Shown here piece after piece: positions 1 to 11,475 of a stretch of 19,773 bases of DNA (its first letter is position 1; the number at the start of each line of letters is the position of its first letter). A program made the position numbers and the translations under genes. The notes beneath the pieces are model-generated. The model ran no database searches, had not been told where the DNA came from, and saw nothing but the letters and a program-made list of their open reading frames with translations. Source of the stretch: Octopus sinensis (lineage: Eukaryota); contig NW_021824168.1 in assembly GCF_006345805.1 (NCBI RefSeq), forward strand, positions 1-19,773, written 5' to 3'.

Positions 1-148
1 TGTAGTAAGTAGCTTGCTTAAGAACCACATAGTTCCGGGTTGAGTCCCAGTGCATGGCACCTTGGGCAAGTGTCTTCTTCTATAGCCTCGGGCAGACCAA
101 AGCCTTGTGAGTGGATTTGGTAGACGGAAACTGAAAGAAGCCCGTCGT
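1..148 (+). mobile_element. SINE family A, tRNA-derived head, 5' end cut by the window edge; followed by an AT/CA microsatellite, 3' half not seen
   Basis: Reverse complement of the heads at 6565-6730, 17070-17211 and 19581-19738. B-box-like ggttgagtccc, then ccttgggcaagtgtcttc...gaagcccgtcg. Confidence 0.85.
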
Positions 149-485
149 ATATATGTATATATATATATATGTGTGTGTAAATAAATATACTCGCCCACGC
201 ACACACACACAAACACATATATGTGCTTGTTAATGCAAATATGCTTGTATAAATGTATTTATATGTATGTCGATAATATTGTCCTTGTTGTAGGCTTAAT
301 ATTTATTTTGGTCGAATGCAAAGGAAAATTATTAAAAAGAAAATCACAAAAGAAACAAATATATAAATATAGTAAAAACTGATGGGCAATCCTGTTCACT
401 TCGACGCCATTATTGCGACAGTGACCTTTTAAATCGAGAATGAAATTTTTCTTTTCTCAAATATAATGTAGTATAATACAAAATA

Positions 486-541
486 TAATATAATATAATA
501 TAATATAATATAATATAATATAATATAATATAATATAATAT
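486..541. repeat. (TAATA)n pentanucleotide microsatellite
   Basis: Directly visible tandem TAATA units. Confidence 0.95.
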
Positions 542-1129
542 ATATATATATGTATATATACGAATGTATGTACGCATGATTGTACGTATACATGCACATG
601 TATGTATATTTGTTCTCTTATTATTTGTTTTGCTATTTATTTTCCCCGGTCGTCTGCTCTGTTACAAGGTTGTTCACTATTAACATCTTTTGTGCAAATA
701 TTCAGCTGTAAAGGTTAAAGCTTTGCCGATTACTATATTGTAACATATGATGATCTTATAACGTATGAATTGTCAAGCAACTTGCTTTCACTGAAAAGCC
801 ATGTTGAGCCAACATTCTACTTCGGGCCTATCGGTACATCGTCTGTTTTTGGAGGAGGTAGTTTAAATACGTTACTCGGTTTAACATCATCATCTCGTTC
901 TTGAGTAACAGAAGCAATGTCAGCGCTGGGTCAAACTTTCAGTTCTGGCCAGTGATTTTAAGACTTTTGCTTCCTTTCCTTCCATCAGACTAGGAATGGA
1001 TATGAAGCAACAATGTAAATGTATAGCAGCATAAATACACGTATACATGCATACATACGTACATACGCACAAGCACAGACAAATGTACATCTATTTATGT
1101 TTATGTAGGTGTGTGTATGGATATACATA

Positions 1130-1500
1130 CATACGTCTATAGATGAAAATATACATCTATGGACGTATGTATGTATGAATGTTTGTGTATATATATATAT
1201 ATACATACACATACATACATATATATATATGTATATAATACATATATACACACATGCACCTATGAATAGATATTTCTATGGACGTATGTAGCTTCGTGTA
1301 ATATATATATATATATATATAATATATATATATATATAATACATATATACCACACACGCGCACATATATATACAATATATATGTATGTATATATAATATA
1401 TATATATATATATAATATATATATATATATAGATATATATATATATACATATATACACAAGCACACATGAATATATGCTTCTATGGACGTATGTACGTAT
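1130..1500. repeat. AT/ATAC compound microsatellite containing three copies of tctatggacgtatgta
   Basis: The 16-mer is at 1156-1171, 1275-1290 and 1480-1495, separated by (AT)n-rich spacers. Confidence 0.9.
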
Positions 1501-2039
1501 GTTTGTATATATGTACGTGTTTATATGTATGCATTTCGAAACGCGGAGTAGACGAAACAGGGACAACTGAAGAAGGGGAATATTCCTTGTGTTGTATGTC
1601 TTGTACTCTGTTTTCTCGTTGTTTGAAGAAAAGTTCGTTTCCATGTTTTTGTTTTTATGTTTTCGTTTCTCATTGTGTTCAACGTTTTTTTATGTCCTGT
1701 ACCCATATGTACATGTATATATACATATGGATGTAGGTATGTACCTATATGTATGCATATATGCATATATTTATGTATTATTTATATTATCATATGATCG
1801 AACGCCACGCATCCTTTTCCAAATAAGTTTTATCTTATACACACACACACACACACACAAACATATATATATATATATATATATTATTCATACACACACA
1901 CACATACAAATATAACTACTCACGTGTATACACACACGTATATGTATACATATGTATATGTGAGAAGAGAGAAGAAAGAAACAAGAGAAAGGAAGAAAGC
2001 AGAACATGATATGAGAGTAATGTGTGAGTGTGTGTGAGA

Positions 2040-2112
2040 GACAGAGAGAGAGAGAGAAAGAGGGAGAGAGAAAGAGAGAGAGAGAAAGGAAAAAGAGAGG
2101 AACGAGAGAAGA
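2040..2112. repeat. (GA)n-rich tract
   Basis: Visible GA dinucleotide run with interruptions. Confidence 0.9.
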
Positions 2113-2297
2113 CAGATATGCATGGCTAGATTGAGCGATGGGAGAGAAAGGAACATGAAAACAAAGTATTTCGAACACACTGACGAACAGACAGACAGAC
2201 AAGCAGACAAAATGTCTGACAATTATTAACGTCATTAATTGACTTATTCTAATCAAATATCATTCAAAGCCTGAAGTTAATTACATTATTATTTCAG

Positions 2298-2377
2298 AAA
2301 ATGTGACTCGTCATTGCCATTCTAATGGAACGTGGGCGGCAAAAGCGAATTATGCCAGCTGTTTTCCAGAGGTCCAG
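2298..2377 (+). CDS. Internal coding exon of a class B1 (secretin-family) GPCR: C-terminal half of the hormone-receptor (HRM) ectodomain, CRF/DH44-receptor-like
   Basis: Acceptor attatttcag|, branch-like ttaat about 20 nt upstream, donor CAG|gtaacg. Length 80 bp (2 nt + 26 codons): (x)NVTRHCHSNGTWAAKANYASCFPEVQ. It matches the R-x-C-x-x-N-G-x-W...N-Y-x-x-C motif of class B1 ectodomains (compare human CRHR1 RECLANGSWAARVNYSEC, from memory). Phase 1 start and phase 0 end, as I recall for CRHR1 exon 4. Two N-glycosylation sequons (NVT, NGT). Absent from the ORF track because it is short. Confidence 0.85.
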
Positions 2378-2711
2378 GTAACGGAATTGCTTTATTCGTA
2401 CAGACAAGGCTGAGATAATTATTACTGTCAAATCGTGTCACTTTCTAATCGACTTTAGGTTCTGTGATATGGAACCATTTAATAACTGAGTCGGATTATT
2501 TATAGTGAAATTGAAGGAATGCCATTGATGATGAAGATGATCTAAATACGTGTGATGCTCTTTGGTTATAGCCATTAATACAAGGGAGTTAACCACCCCC
2601 TTACAACCAGAGACGGGGCTAGAATTTGGATTTGAAACTATAGAATATGTAGAACGAGATACGTAGAAATTGCATGCTTGAATTTCTATTTATGTATTAC
2701 GGAGTTCTTGC

Positions 2712-2760
2712 ATTATTATTATTATTGTTGTTGTTGTTGTTGTTGCTACTACTACTACTG

Positions 2761-2846
<86 letters not shown>
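2712..2846. repeat. Compound trinucleotide microsatellite (ATT)-(GTT)-(ACT)-(ATT)
   Basis: Directly visible; explains the poly-L and poly-Y ORFs at 2674-2877. Confidence 0.95.
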
Positions 2847-2891
2847 TTCATATACACTCAACAGATTAGACTGCTAGAAAAGAAAAATCCA

Positions 2892-3007
2892 AACATCGTG
2901 TAACCTTCGATGCCAAGAACCCTCCTAAGTATCCATGGTGTCTTTCTCTCTCTCTCTCTCTCTTTTTCTCTCTCTCTCTCTCTCTTTTTCTCTCTCTCTC
3001 TCTCTCG

Positions 3008-3064
<57 letters not shown>

Positions 3065-3118
3065 CCATGAATACTTAGGAGGGTTCTTGGCATCTAAGAT
3101 TGCTTGTAGCCCGATGTT
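2892..3118. repeat. Inverted (fold-back) duplication of a LINE 3' end around a (TC)n-(AT)n-(GA)n core
   Basis: 2909-2942 gatgccaagaaccctcctaagtatccatggtgtc versus the reverse complement of 3061-3094 gatgccaagaaccctcctaagtattcatggtctc (2 mismatches in 34). Arms continue inward as TC and GA tracts. Outer aacatcg (2892-2898) pairs with cgatgtt (3112-3118). Confidence 0.9.
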
Positions 3119-4523
3119 AGGAAGTTAGCACTGTTTTCTGAAGCTGTACTAAACTAGGCTTTGTGCCTATTTCCTCTATCCATCTGTTCAGATGTTTAGG
3201 GATCGCTCCCAACACATCTATATCTACTGGGATACATTTTATCCGCACTTTCCGTAGTCTCTGTAATTCAATGGCTAGGTCCTGGTACTTTGCTCTTTTT
3301 TCTATAATTCTCATATTAATATTTTCATCATTTGGGACAGTAAAAATCAGTTATCAGGTACCTTCTATTCTCTTTATCTACTATTACCAAATCAGGCCTT
3401 CTAGCTTCTGTTACTCAGTCTGAATGTTGAAGTCCCATAACATCTTGTATATCTTACTTTCTAGTACTTTACTAGGTTCACGTTCATACCATTTATCAGT
3501 ATGTTCAAATCATAACTTTCTACAACGCTCCCAGTGGATTGAATCTCCCTAGATTGTCTTGTCTTTTCTTGTATTATTTTTGTGTCAGCATGCTACATTC
3601 GCTTACTATATAAATAACGCTTTCCTCTTTTGTTTTGCATAATCTACATTGAGAATCTACTTGGTTATTGTGTATCTGGCTTTATCTAATTAGTCCTTAA
3701 TGCTCGATCCTGTGCAGCTACTAACAAACTTTCTATCTCCCCCTTCAGCTTTTGTTTCTGCAACTATATTCATGTCTCACTACTACTATTTGCAGAAACT
3801 ATCTTTGGGAATCTACCATGCAACGCCTTTTCCTACCAGTCAGATAATTTCTGTTCTTTTTTCTGGTTTTTAAGTTCGTTTGGGTTTTTGGTTTCCCTAT
3901 GTAATGCTGTGACCCTAGCAGCTTTTAATAAACTTTCTTTACTATTACCTATATGACAGTCTATATCTACTCTAGCTAACTCCACGCAGACTTCTACCTT
4001 ACTTTCTACCTTAACCCCCTTCCGCCTTACTTTCTACGTAGGTATAATCTTACTACACCTCCTTGGATGGAGTCCACCATTCATATTCAATCCCTTCCTA
4101 GTTCTGTCTAGCTTTGCTAATTCAGATTTTGTCCAATCTAAAAAAGCTGCTGAGTATCTAAGTAATGAAGCTGCCCAAATATTTATAACTTTCACTAGAC
4201 GCGGACCATTTAGCTTCGACTTCATTAGCTTTCTCTCCCTTCTGATGTACTTGTAAATTTTCTAATACTCTTACTTACTTATAACTCTCTCTTCTTTTCA
4301 ATTATTCTAATATCTGGCCATCTGGTAATTGGATGCCTTCTCCATTCCATATTCAATGCCTATGTCTTTTCGGAAGAGCTTTACAGTCTATTAAGGAATC
4401 TATCTCTTTTTTCATTCTTACTAAAAAGCTTCAGATCACCCATGTAGAGCAAATGGTTAAACATTTCCTTTGCTATTTCTGAACTACCTTTCTCTTCCTT
4501 TATACTAAACTGAGGGCATTAAT
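3063..4523 (-). mobile_element. Degraded, 5'-truncated R4/Dong-clade non-LTR retrotransposon (RT end, CCHC knuckle, RLE endonuclease), family 1
   Basis: Minus-strand peptides across stops and frameshifts: NHLLYMGDLK (decayed YMDD, 4435-4446), KSKLNGPRLVKVINIWAASLLRYSAAFLDWTKSEL, ESLLVAAQDRALRTN, CRLCKTKEESVIYIVSEC, WDFNIQT..ARRPDLVIVDK, EKRAKYQDLAIELQRL..LQKTVL. Confidence 0.9.
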
Positions 4524-4530
4524 ATTATTA

Positions 4531-4706
4531 AGGCGGTGAGCTGGCAGAATCATTAGCACACCGGGCAAAATAGCATCATTTCGCCCGTCTTTATGTTCTG
4601 AGATGAAATCCGCCGAGGTCGACTTTGCTTTTCATTCTTTCAGGGTCAATTAAATAACTACCACCTACGCACTGCGGTCGATGTAATTTCAGGCCTTGTG
4701 CCTATC
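4531..4706 (+). mobile_element. SINE family C, short-tail subtype (atttcaggccttgtgcct), lying between two Dong fragments
   Basis: aggcggtgagctggcagaatcattagcacaccgggcaaaa...ccgccgaggtcgactttgc; homologous to the copies at 5741, 14760 and 18461; preceded by attatta. Confidence 0.9.
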
Positions 4707-5362
4707 GTACAGCTTCTAACGCTGGACATGTACTCCATTGTCAGTTGTTTACTACCAGTGAACTAAGGTAACACTTCTTATTTTTCGGGCCCCTTCTGGA
4801 GTATCCTAGTGGTTCCAAGCAGTGCTGTTTTCTGCAAGTGCTGCACACTTATTGCAGCCCCTATTTGTTCTACGTACTTCTCGAGTCTTTTGCTCACTGT
4901 TCCCAGGGCTCTAACAATTATTGGTATTACTGCTACACTTTTCCATCGACCACAACTGCTTAACTTCCCAAGCTAACCTGTCATATCACTCGACTTTTCT
5001 TTCTTCTTTATCGCATACCTTGTTGTTAGATGGGCATGCTACATCTATGACCCAGCATAGTTTGTTTCCTTTCTCAATTAACACTATGTTCGGCTTCCTA
5101 TTCTCTATTGTATGGTTGCACTGAATCATAAAATGCCATAGGATCTTTGCATTTCTATTTTTTTCGATGTCATTGGGTTTGTGGTCGTATCCATTTTCAG
5201 CTCTGTCAAGCCCATATTTGTTGCAAAGTGTCCAATGGGCAAGCCTGGCTATATTGTCGTGGCGTCTCTTATATTCCTTCTGGGTTAGTGACGTACATTT
5301 GCTGGTGATATCCCATACGGTTTCACCGTTTTGCCCACAGATCTTATAATTACTATTTCCAT
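4707..5362 (-). mobile_element. 5'-truncated R4/Dong-clade retrotransposon, family 2 (CCHC, RLE, 3' UTR)
   Basis: ICGQNGETVWDITSKCTSLTQKEYKRRHDNIARLAHWTLC...NAKILWHFMIQCNHTIENRKPNIVLIEK...DVACP...EERKVE*YDRLAWEVKQLW...LQKTALLGTTRIL. The 3' UTR matches 19461-19530. Confidence 0.92.
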
Positions 5363-5619
5363 TTATTATTAAAAGATTTGGTCTTTATTTCTTTATTTCT
5401 TTGTCTAGCACTTTGATGAATAGATCATATACTACAGGTCTATAAATAGATTCGGCAGATATACTGATATTCACGTCGATGAATTTTGAATTTCTGAATT
5501 CAATTGTGCTGTTGCAATAAAAGGTGTGTTTACGTATTTGGGTAATACATTAAAGTTTTTATGCTTTCTTGAGATGTTCGTTTGTCTGTCCAGTTGGATA
5601 ATACATTAGGACTTTTGCA

Positions 5620-5675
5620 ATTATCATTATTATTATTATTATTATTATTGCTGTTGTTGTTGTTGTTGCTGTTGC

Positions 5676-5722
<47 letters not shown>

Positions 5723-5740
5723 TATTATTATTATTATTAT
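5620..5740. repeat. (ATT)-(GTT/GCT)-(ATT) trinucleotide tract
   Basis: Directly visible; abuts the 5' end of SINE C at 5741. Confidence 0.95.
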
Positions 5741-5958
5741 AGGTGGCAAACTGGCAGAATCGTTAGCACACGAGGGCAAAATGCTTCGCAGTACTTCGTC
5801 CGCCTTGATTTTCTGCGTTCAAATTCCGCCGAGGTCGAATTTGCTTTTTTTTCTTTCGGGGTCGATAATATAGAATACAAGTCAAATAGTGGTGACTCGA
5901 TGTATTCGACTAACCCCTCCATTTAAAATTGCAGGCCTCGTTCGAAAACTAGAAATAC
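5741..5958 (+). mobile_element. SINE family C, short-tail subtype, diverged
   Basis: aggtggcaaactggcagaatcgttagcac...gcgttcaaattccgccgaggtcga...aaaattgcaggcctcgttcgaaaactagaaa; trinucleotide tracts on both sides. Confidence 0.88.
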
Positions 5959-5959
5959 T

Positions 5960-6085
5960 TACTATAATCATCATAATCGTCGTCGTCGTCATCGTCATCA
6001 TAATCATCGGCATCATTGTCGTTGTCGTCATCATCATCACCATCATCGTCATTAATATCATGGTAATAGTGATTATTATCATGAA
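5960..6085. repeat. Degenerate (ATC/GTC)n trinucleotide tract
   Basis: Directly visible. Confidence 0.85.
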
Positions 6086-6087
6086 TT

Positions 6088-6384
6088 CACTCTTTTACTC
6101 TTTTACTTGTTTCAGTCATTTGGCTCCGGCCATACTGGAGCACCGCCTTCAGTCGAGCAAATAGACCCCAGGACTTATTCTTTGTAAGCCTAGTACTTAT
6201 TCTATCGGTCTCTTTTGTCGAACCTCTAAGTAACGGGGATATAAACACACCAGCATCAGTTGTCAAGCGATGTTGGGGGGACAGACACAGACACACAAAC
6301 ATACACAACACACACACATATATATGTATATATATATATAAAATATGTTGTTAGATATATATAATATATATATATATATACATA

Positions 6385-6436
<52 letters not shown>

Positions 6437-6506
6437 TATATATATATATATATGTATGTATATATATATATATATGTATGTATGTATATATATATATAAT
6501 ATATTA

Positions 6507-6542
<36 letters not shown>

Positions 6543-6731
6543 ATATATATATATATACATATATACGACGGGCTTCTTTCAGTTTCCGTCTACCAAATCC
6601 ACTTACAAGGCTTTGGTAAGCCTGAGGCTATAGTAGAAGACACTTGCCCAAGCTGCCACGCAGTGGTACTGAACCCAGAACCATGTGGTTGGTAATCAAG
6701 CTACTTATCAGACAGCCATTCATGTGCCTAT
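6088..6731 (-). mobile_element. SINE family A, full length, with an expanded internal CA/AT microsatellite (~6290-6564)
   Basis: Minus-strand head 6730-6565 with A-box-like tggctgtctgat and B-box-like ggttcagtacc. The 3' half ends ...aaatgactgaaacaagtaaaagagtaaaagagt (8-nt tail repeat). Homologous to 16809-17211. Confidence 0.92.
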
Positions 6732-7284
6732 GGTAATTTGATGATAATTAGAATGCTGCTGCTGCTGATGATGATGATTATGAAGAAAACAACGAAGACG
6801 ACTGTAACGTCACCAGCACCGACGCCGACGCCGACGGCAACGAGACAAGGACGACGGCGATAACGTACGTATTCAGGTATGATGACCGATATCATTGTCC
6901 AAGCATTAATATTCATAAAGAGAAACGTCTCCTTATAAAGTAGCTATGATATGAAATTAATTCTAATCCGAATGCAAGCGAGTCTCTTAGAGATAATTAA
7001 ATACGCGCAATAAATTCTGTATAATCCGAATAATCACTGGTTTTAAAATTGCTTGTTGCTGGAGAAAGGAATTAAAAAAAAAACAAGACTTTCGAACGAT
7101 GAACAAAATCCTGCACTGCATAGGTTCCGGTTCTTAACGGTTTGAGTTCAAATACTACCAAGGCCGATAAAATAGAGTGTCATGAAGAACTAGTCGAGTA
7201 AAAGGGTTGTTTTAATTCAACAATCGATCTTCAGAATTCATGTGCTGGGCCCTCACTTCAATACATAGTAGCTGATTGTCTTTT

Positions 7285-7465
7285 CCTTCTTCTTCTTCTT
7301 CTTCTTCTTCTTCTTCTTCTTCTTCTTCTTCTTCTTCTTCTTCTTCTTCTTCTTCTTTTTCTTCTTCTTCTTCTTCTCCTTCTTCTTCTTCTTCTTCTTC
7401 TTCTCCTTCTTCTTCTTCTTCTTCTTCTTCTTCTTCTTCTTCTTCTTCTTCTTCTTCTTCAACTC
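7285..7465. repeat. (TTC)n microsatellite
   Basis: Directly visible; explains the poly-E, poly-K and poly-S ORFs. Confidence 0.97.
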
Positions 7466-7519
7466 CTCCTTCTCCTCTACTTTTCATCTTTTTCTTCAAC
7501 ATATAGAGTCAGTTTGAAA

Positions 7520-7640
7520 GGGCGGCATGTAAAGGCGCTTTCGGGTTCGACTGTCGTTCACAAGATCTTGGTTTCGGTTTTCATACCGATGGTGCGTTCT
7601 CTTCTTTGACAAAACCACTTTATTTCACTCAGGTGCTAGT
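7520..7640 (+). mobile_element. Probable degenerate tRNA-derived SINE head
   Basis: caagatcttggtttcggtttt...ggtgcgttctcttctttgacaaaaccactttatttcac resembles a recalled octopus SINE head and core; poorly conserved. Confidence 0.4.
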
Positions 7641-8000
7641 AATTGTGTAACCCTATGACGGACCGGCGTTTCGTTCAGCCGGGGTTTGATCTGGCTCCCG
7701 TAACAGTGGGTTGAGTTCATTAAAAATTTAAAACGCATGGAAGCACCATCTGATCATCGGTGTGTAACATCTGGTAGTCTGGTTGATATATATATATGTA
7801 TTCCAAATGACTTTGGAGTACCTAATTGGCGGAATTCATTCTACTATCGGATTAGATTACCTTGTTCATTCGGAATATGACATTTTTGCACCTTGAGTGT
7901 GAATCATTATATATATAGATATATATATTATATATATATAATATTATATATACATTCATACATATATATATATGTGTGTGTGGTGTGTGTATGTGTGTAT

Positions 8001-8117
8001 AACTCAGCTGTAGAAGGAGTTGCGACCATCACTGGTGAGGAGAGGGGAGGCTGGTATGCATGGGCGACTGCTGGCCTTCCATAAACAACCATGCCCGGAC
8101 TTGTGCCTCGGAGGGTC
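8001..8117 (+). repeat. Dispersed repeat fragment, probably a SINE body; second copy at 11846-11904
   Basis: 8009-8067 tgtagaaggagttgcgaccatcactggtgaggagaggggaggctggtatgcatgggcga aligns with 11846-11904. Confidence 0.65.
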
Positions 8118-8207
8118 TCCCATATACATACATGCATATATATTGATAAAAACGGTAAGACAACAGAAGAAAGAAAGTGACCCCGATATTATGTAAATAG
8201 AAGAATT

Positions 8208-8354
8208 TATCTGTAAATGTAATATGTGACAATTATTCGGTAGCCATGATAAAACTCCGAGTTTCGATGCCGAGGTGGAAATCCACGCCGCCATCTCGAA
8301 ACTCGGAGTTTTATCATGGTTACCGAAAATTGTCACATATTACATTTACAGATA
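8208..8354. mobile_element. 147-bp near-perfect palindrome bounded by TA at both ends; MITE-like or hairpin element
   Basis: Arm 8208-8267 versus the reverse complement of 8296-8354: one 1-nt indel and one substitution. Inner gtgga (8275-8279) pairs with tccac (8282-8286). The palindrome is certain; the MITE call is inference. Confidence 0.7.
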
Positions 8355-8355
8355 C

Positions 8356-8423
<68 letters not shown>

Positions 8424-9118
8424 AGAAAGAGAAATATATATATGTATGTGACGGCAGAGGTCACCAATTGTAGCGGATCTGATGTTGAGAGATTAACGTA
8501 ATATGTGTTAGACCGGCATCGATGGAAAAGAGAGAACAAAAAAAAAAAAGGAATATTTGTTTGGTCACAGCTGCATTCACTTTGTTGGACACTTGGCACA
8601 AATATGCTGCTACATGATATAGCCAGCTACTTCGTGTCGGCGAAATAAAAAAAACGGAGAAAAGAGAATGTTGATGGGACGAGATAATACAATGACATAT
8701 TTCGTGTTTGTTTGTGCGTTCGTCATTCGCCTCTGTTGTGTTGTTTCTCTGTTTGAATTGTTCTGTGGTCTGCAAATGCCAACTCTTACGTGTCGCTCCG
8801 CTCGCAGTTCTCATCATCTCTGTCACGGTGCTGACTGTTACTGGAACTCGTATTTAAAATGGCCCATTGTAGCTAGAAGGATGGATATACCATTACTAGA
8901 GTGGCTTGTACCTATTTAGGCCACTTGCTGTCCTGGTCGTAGGTCAAGTGGAAACTCATCCATCATTTTTGACAGGACAAATTTTTTTCCGCCCGGTCAG
9001 CCAATGACGCGCGTGAATTCTTAGATTCGGTTTCGAATCTCAGCCTGTATAATAAAATGTAGTTTCCATATACACACACACGCACGTACACACACACACA
9101 CACAAAACACCACACACA

Positions 9119-9170
<52 letters not shown>

Positions 9171-9699
9171 TCTTACTCTATACATTAAATGATATTTATG
9201 TGTCACGAGATTGGGTACATTTCTTGTTGATCTTAGCTTAACGGAAAAGTGATCTATATATATATGTGTGTGTGAACGTGCATTTGTGTGTGTCTGTGTG
9301 CGTGCGTGTGTGTGTATGATTGTAAATAGGTCATTTTGAATCGCAAGATTTAAACGAATGGAAAATATGACAGGATAATAATCTTTTATTCCATCAACAT
9401 AAGTTGATTTCTGTTGAATTCTGATGATTAAGAAACAGGTCTTTAGAAGCAATGATTAAAACCCATGCACGCTAAAGCATATTGATTCTTTAATACATAG
9501 GTTAAAGACGAGGGATTAATGTTCTTGATTGATTATAATCTTGCATAGATAAACTGCGCTTTCTTTTCGAATCCATGCGATTGAAATCGATTAATAATCG
9601 ATAAGCAAAGCAGAAAATCGACAAGTGGAAATGATACAAATCTTTCTTATCGTTTGACATCAGATGTTCTTGTTGTCGTAGTAGCCAGATTGTGCTATA

Positions 9700-10268
<569 letters not shown>

Positions 10269-10308
10269 GATTGTACACACACACACAAACACACACACAC
10301 AAACCACA

Positions 10309-10339
<31 letters not shown>

Positions 10340-10608
10340 CATGCTCGTAACTGGATGTTTCTGATTTCCAGTACTCATAGGTGCTCATTTCCGATCGTCA
10401 TCTGGTAAACCTAGATTGGATTTCTTTTGAATATCCATTGTCTAAACATCTTCATTTTTTTTTTCGAAATATGAACTGAAAGCTTGAAGGAATGCATGTC
10501 TTTATTGTTCTTTCGTTTAAAAACTTTTTGAACTACACGTGTAAACTGCTGTTTCAAGCGCACGCTATTTTATTTCATTTCTGGTTATAATGGTTGTATG
10601 TGTCATAG

Positions 10609-10995
10609 GGTGGAGGCGCAATGGCCCAGTGGTTAGGGCAGCGGACTCGCAGTCATAGGATCGCGGCTTCGATTCCCAGACCGGGCGTTGTGAGTGTTCA
10701 TTGAGCGAAAACACCTAAAGCTCCACGAGGCTCCGGCAGGGGATGGTGGTGATCCCTGCTGTACTCATTCACCACAACTTTCTCTCACTCTTACTTCATA
10801 TTTCTGTTGTATCTGTACTTCAAAGGGCCGGCCTTGTCACTCTCTGTGTCACGCTGAATATCCCCGAAAACTACGTTAAGGGTACACGTGTCTGTGGAGT
10901 GCTCAGCCACTTACACGTTAATTTCACGAGCAGGCTGTTCCGTTGATTCGGATCATCGGAACCCTCATCGTCGTAACTGACGGAGTGCTTCCATC
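10609..10995 (+). mobile_element. SINE family B (tRNA-derived), long-tail subtype, full length, 8-bp TSD
   Basis: A box tggcccagtgg (10622-10632), B-box-like cttcgattccc. TSD tgtcatag at 10601-10608 and 10996-11003. Near-identical to 16377-16770. Confidence 0.93.
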
Positions 10996-11390
10996 TGTCA
11001 TAGACGTTATAAACTGCAAACAATCGAAGCCATGAAATTGCGTTGCTATTTAAGTAATTTTCCAGAATGATACTGTTAAGCAATACTTTTAATTAATACT
11101 TTTAGTTTAAATTTTTTTAGAAAATTATGTTTGCGCATGCGTGTGTTCACCCTGGAAGCGTTTGTGAAGACGCATACGTATATACATTTGTACACACACA
11201 GACACACATATACGCACAGAATTATACATTACTGTATACGCACAGGTATATTTGTATACGTATACATATATGTTGATATACATTTACTCATATACAGACA
11301 CCCACACACATATTAAAACATATATTAATAAAACCTATTAATTAAACATTTCGAAAACCAAAGTTATATGTGTGTGCGCCGCACGTGTTG

Positions 11391-11475
<85 letters not shown>

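Noticed and set aside
780-960. Upstream ectodomain exon (C..WDG..CWP motif)
   Set aside because: No such motif in the frames I read; the preceding exon probably lies outside the window.
1143-1495. CRISPR-like repeat-spacer array
   Set aside because: Eukaryotic context, only three 16-nt repeats, unequal low-complexity spacers and no cas genes.
7135-7175. SINE C-like fragment (gagttcaaatactaccaaggccga)
   Set aside because: Too short and diverged to support as a feature.
8668-8919. 83-aa hydrophobic ORF, and the nearby IHFVGH peptide (~8575), as the GPCR TM1 exon
   Set aside because: No class B TM1 or ICL1 motif, early stops in the candidate frame, and no fitting splice sites.
10612-10685. 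tRNA genes at the SINE heads (also 15540 and 16379)
   Set aside because: A and B boxes are present, but there is no proper cloverleaf or acceptor stem, and the sequence continues into a shared SINE body with TSDs.
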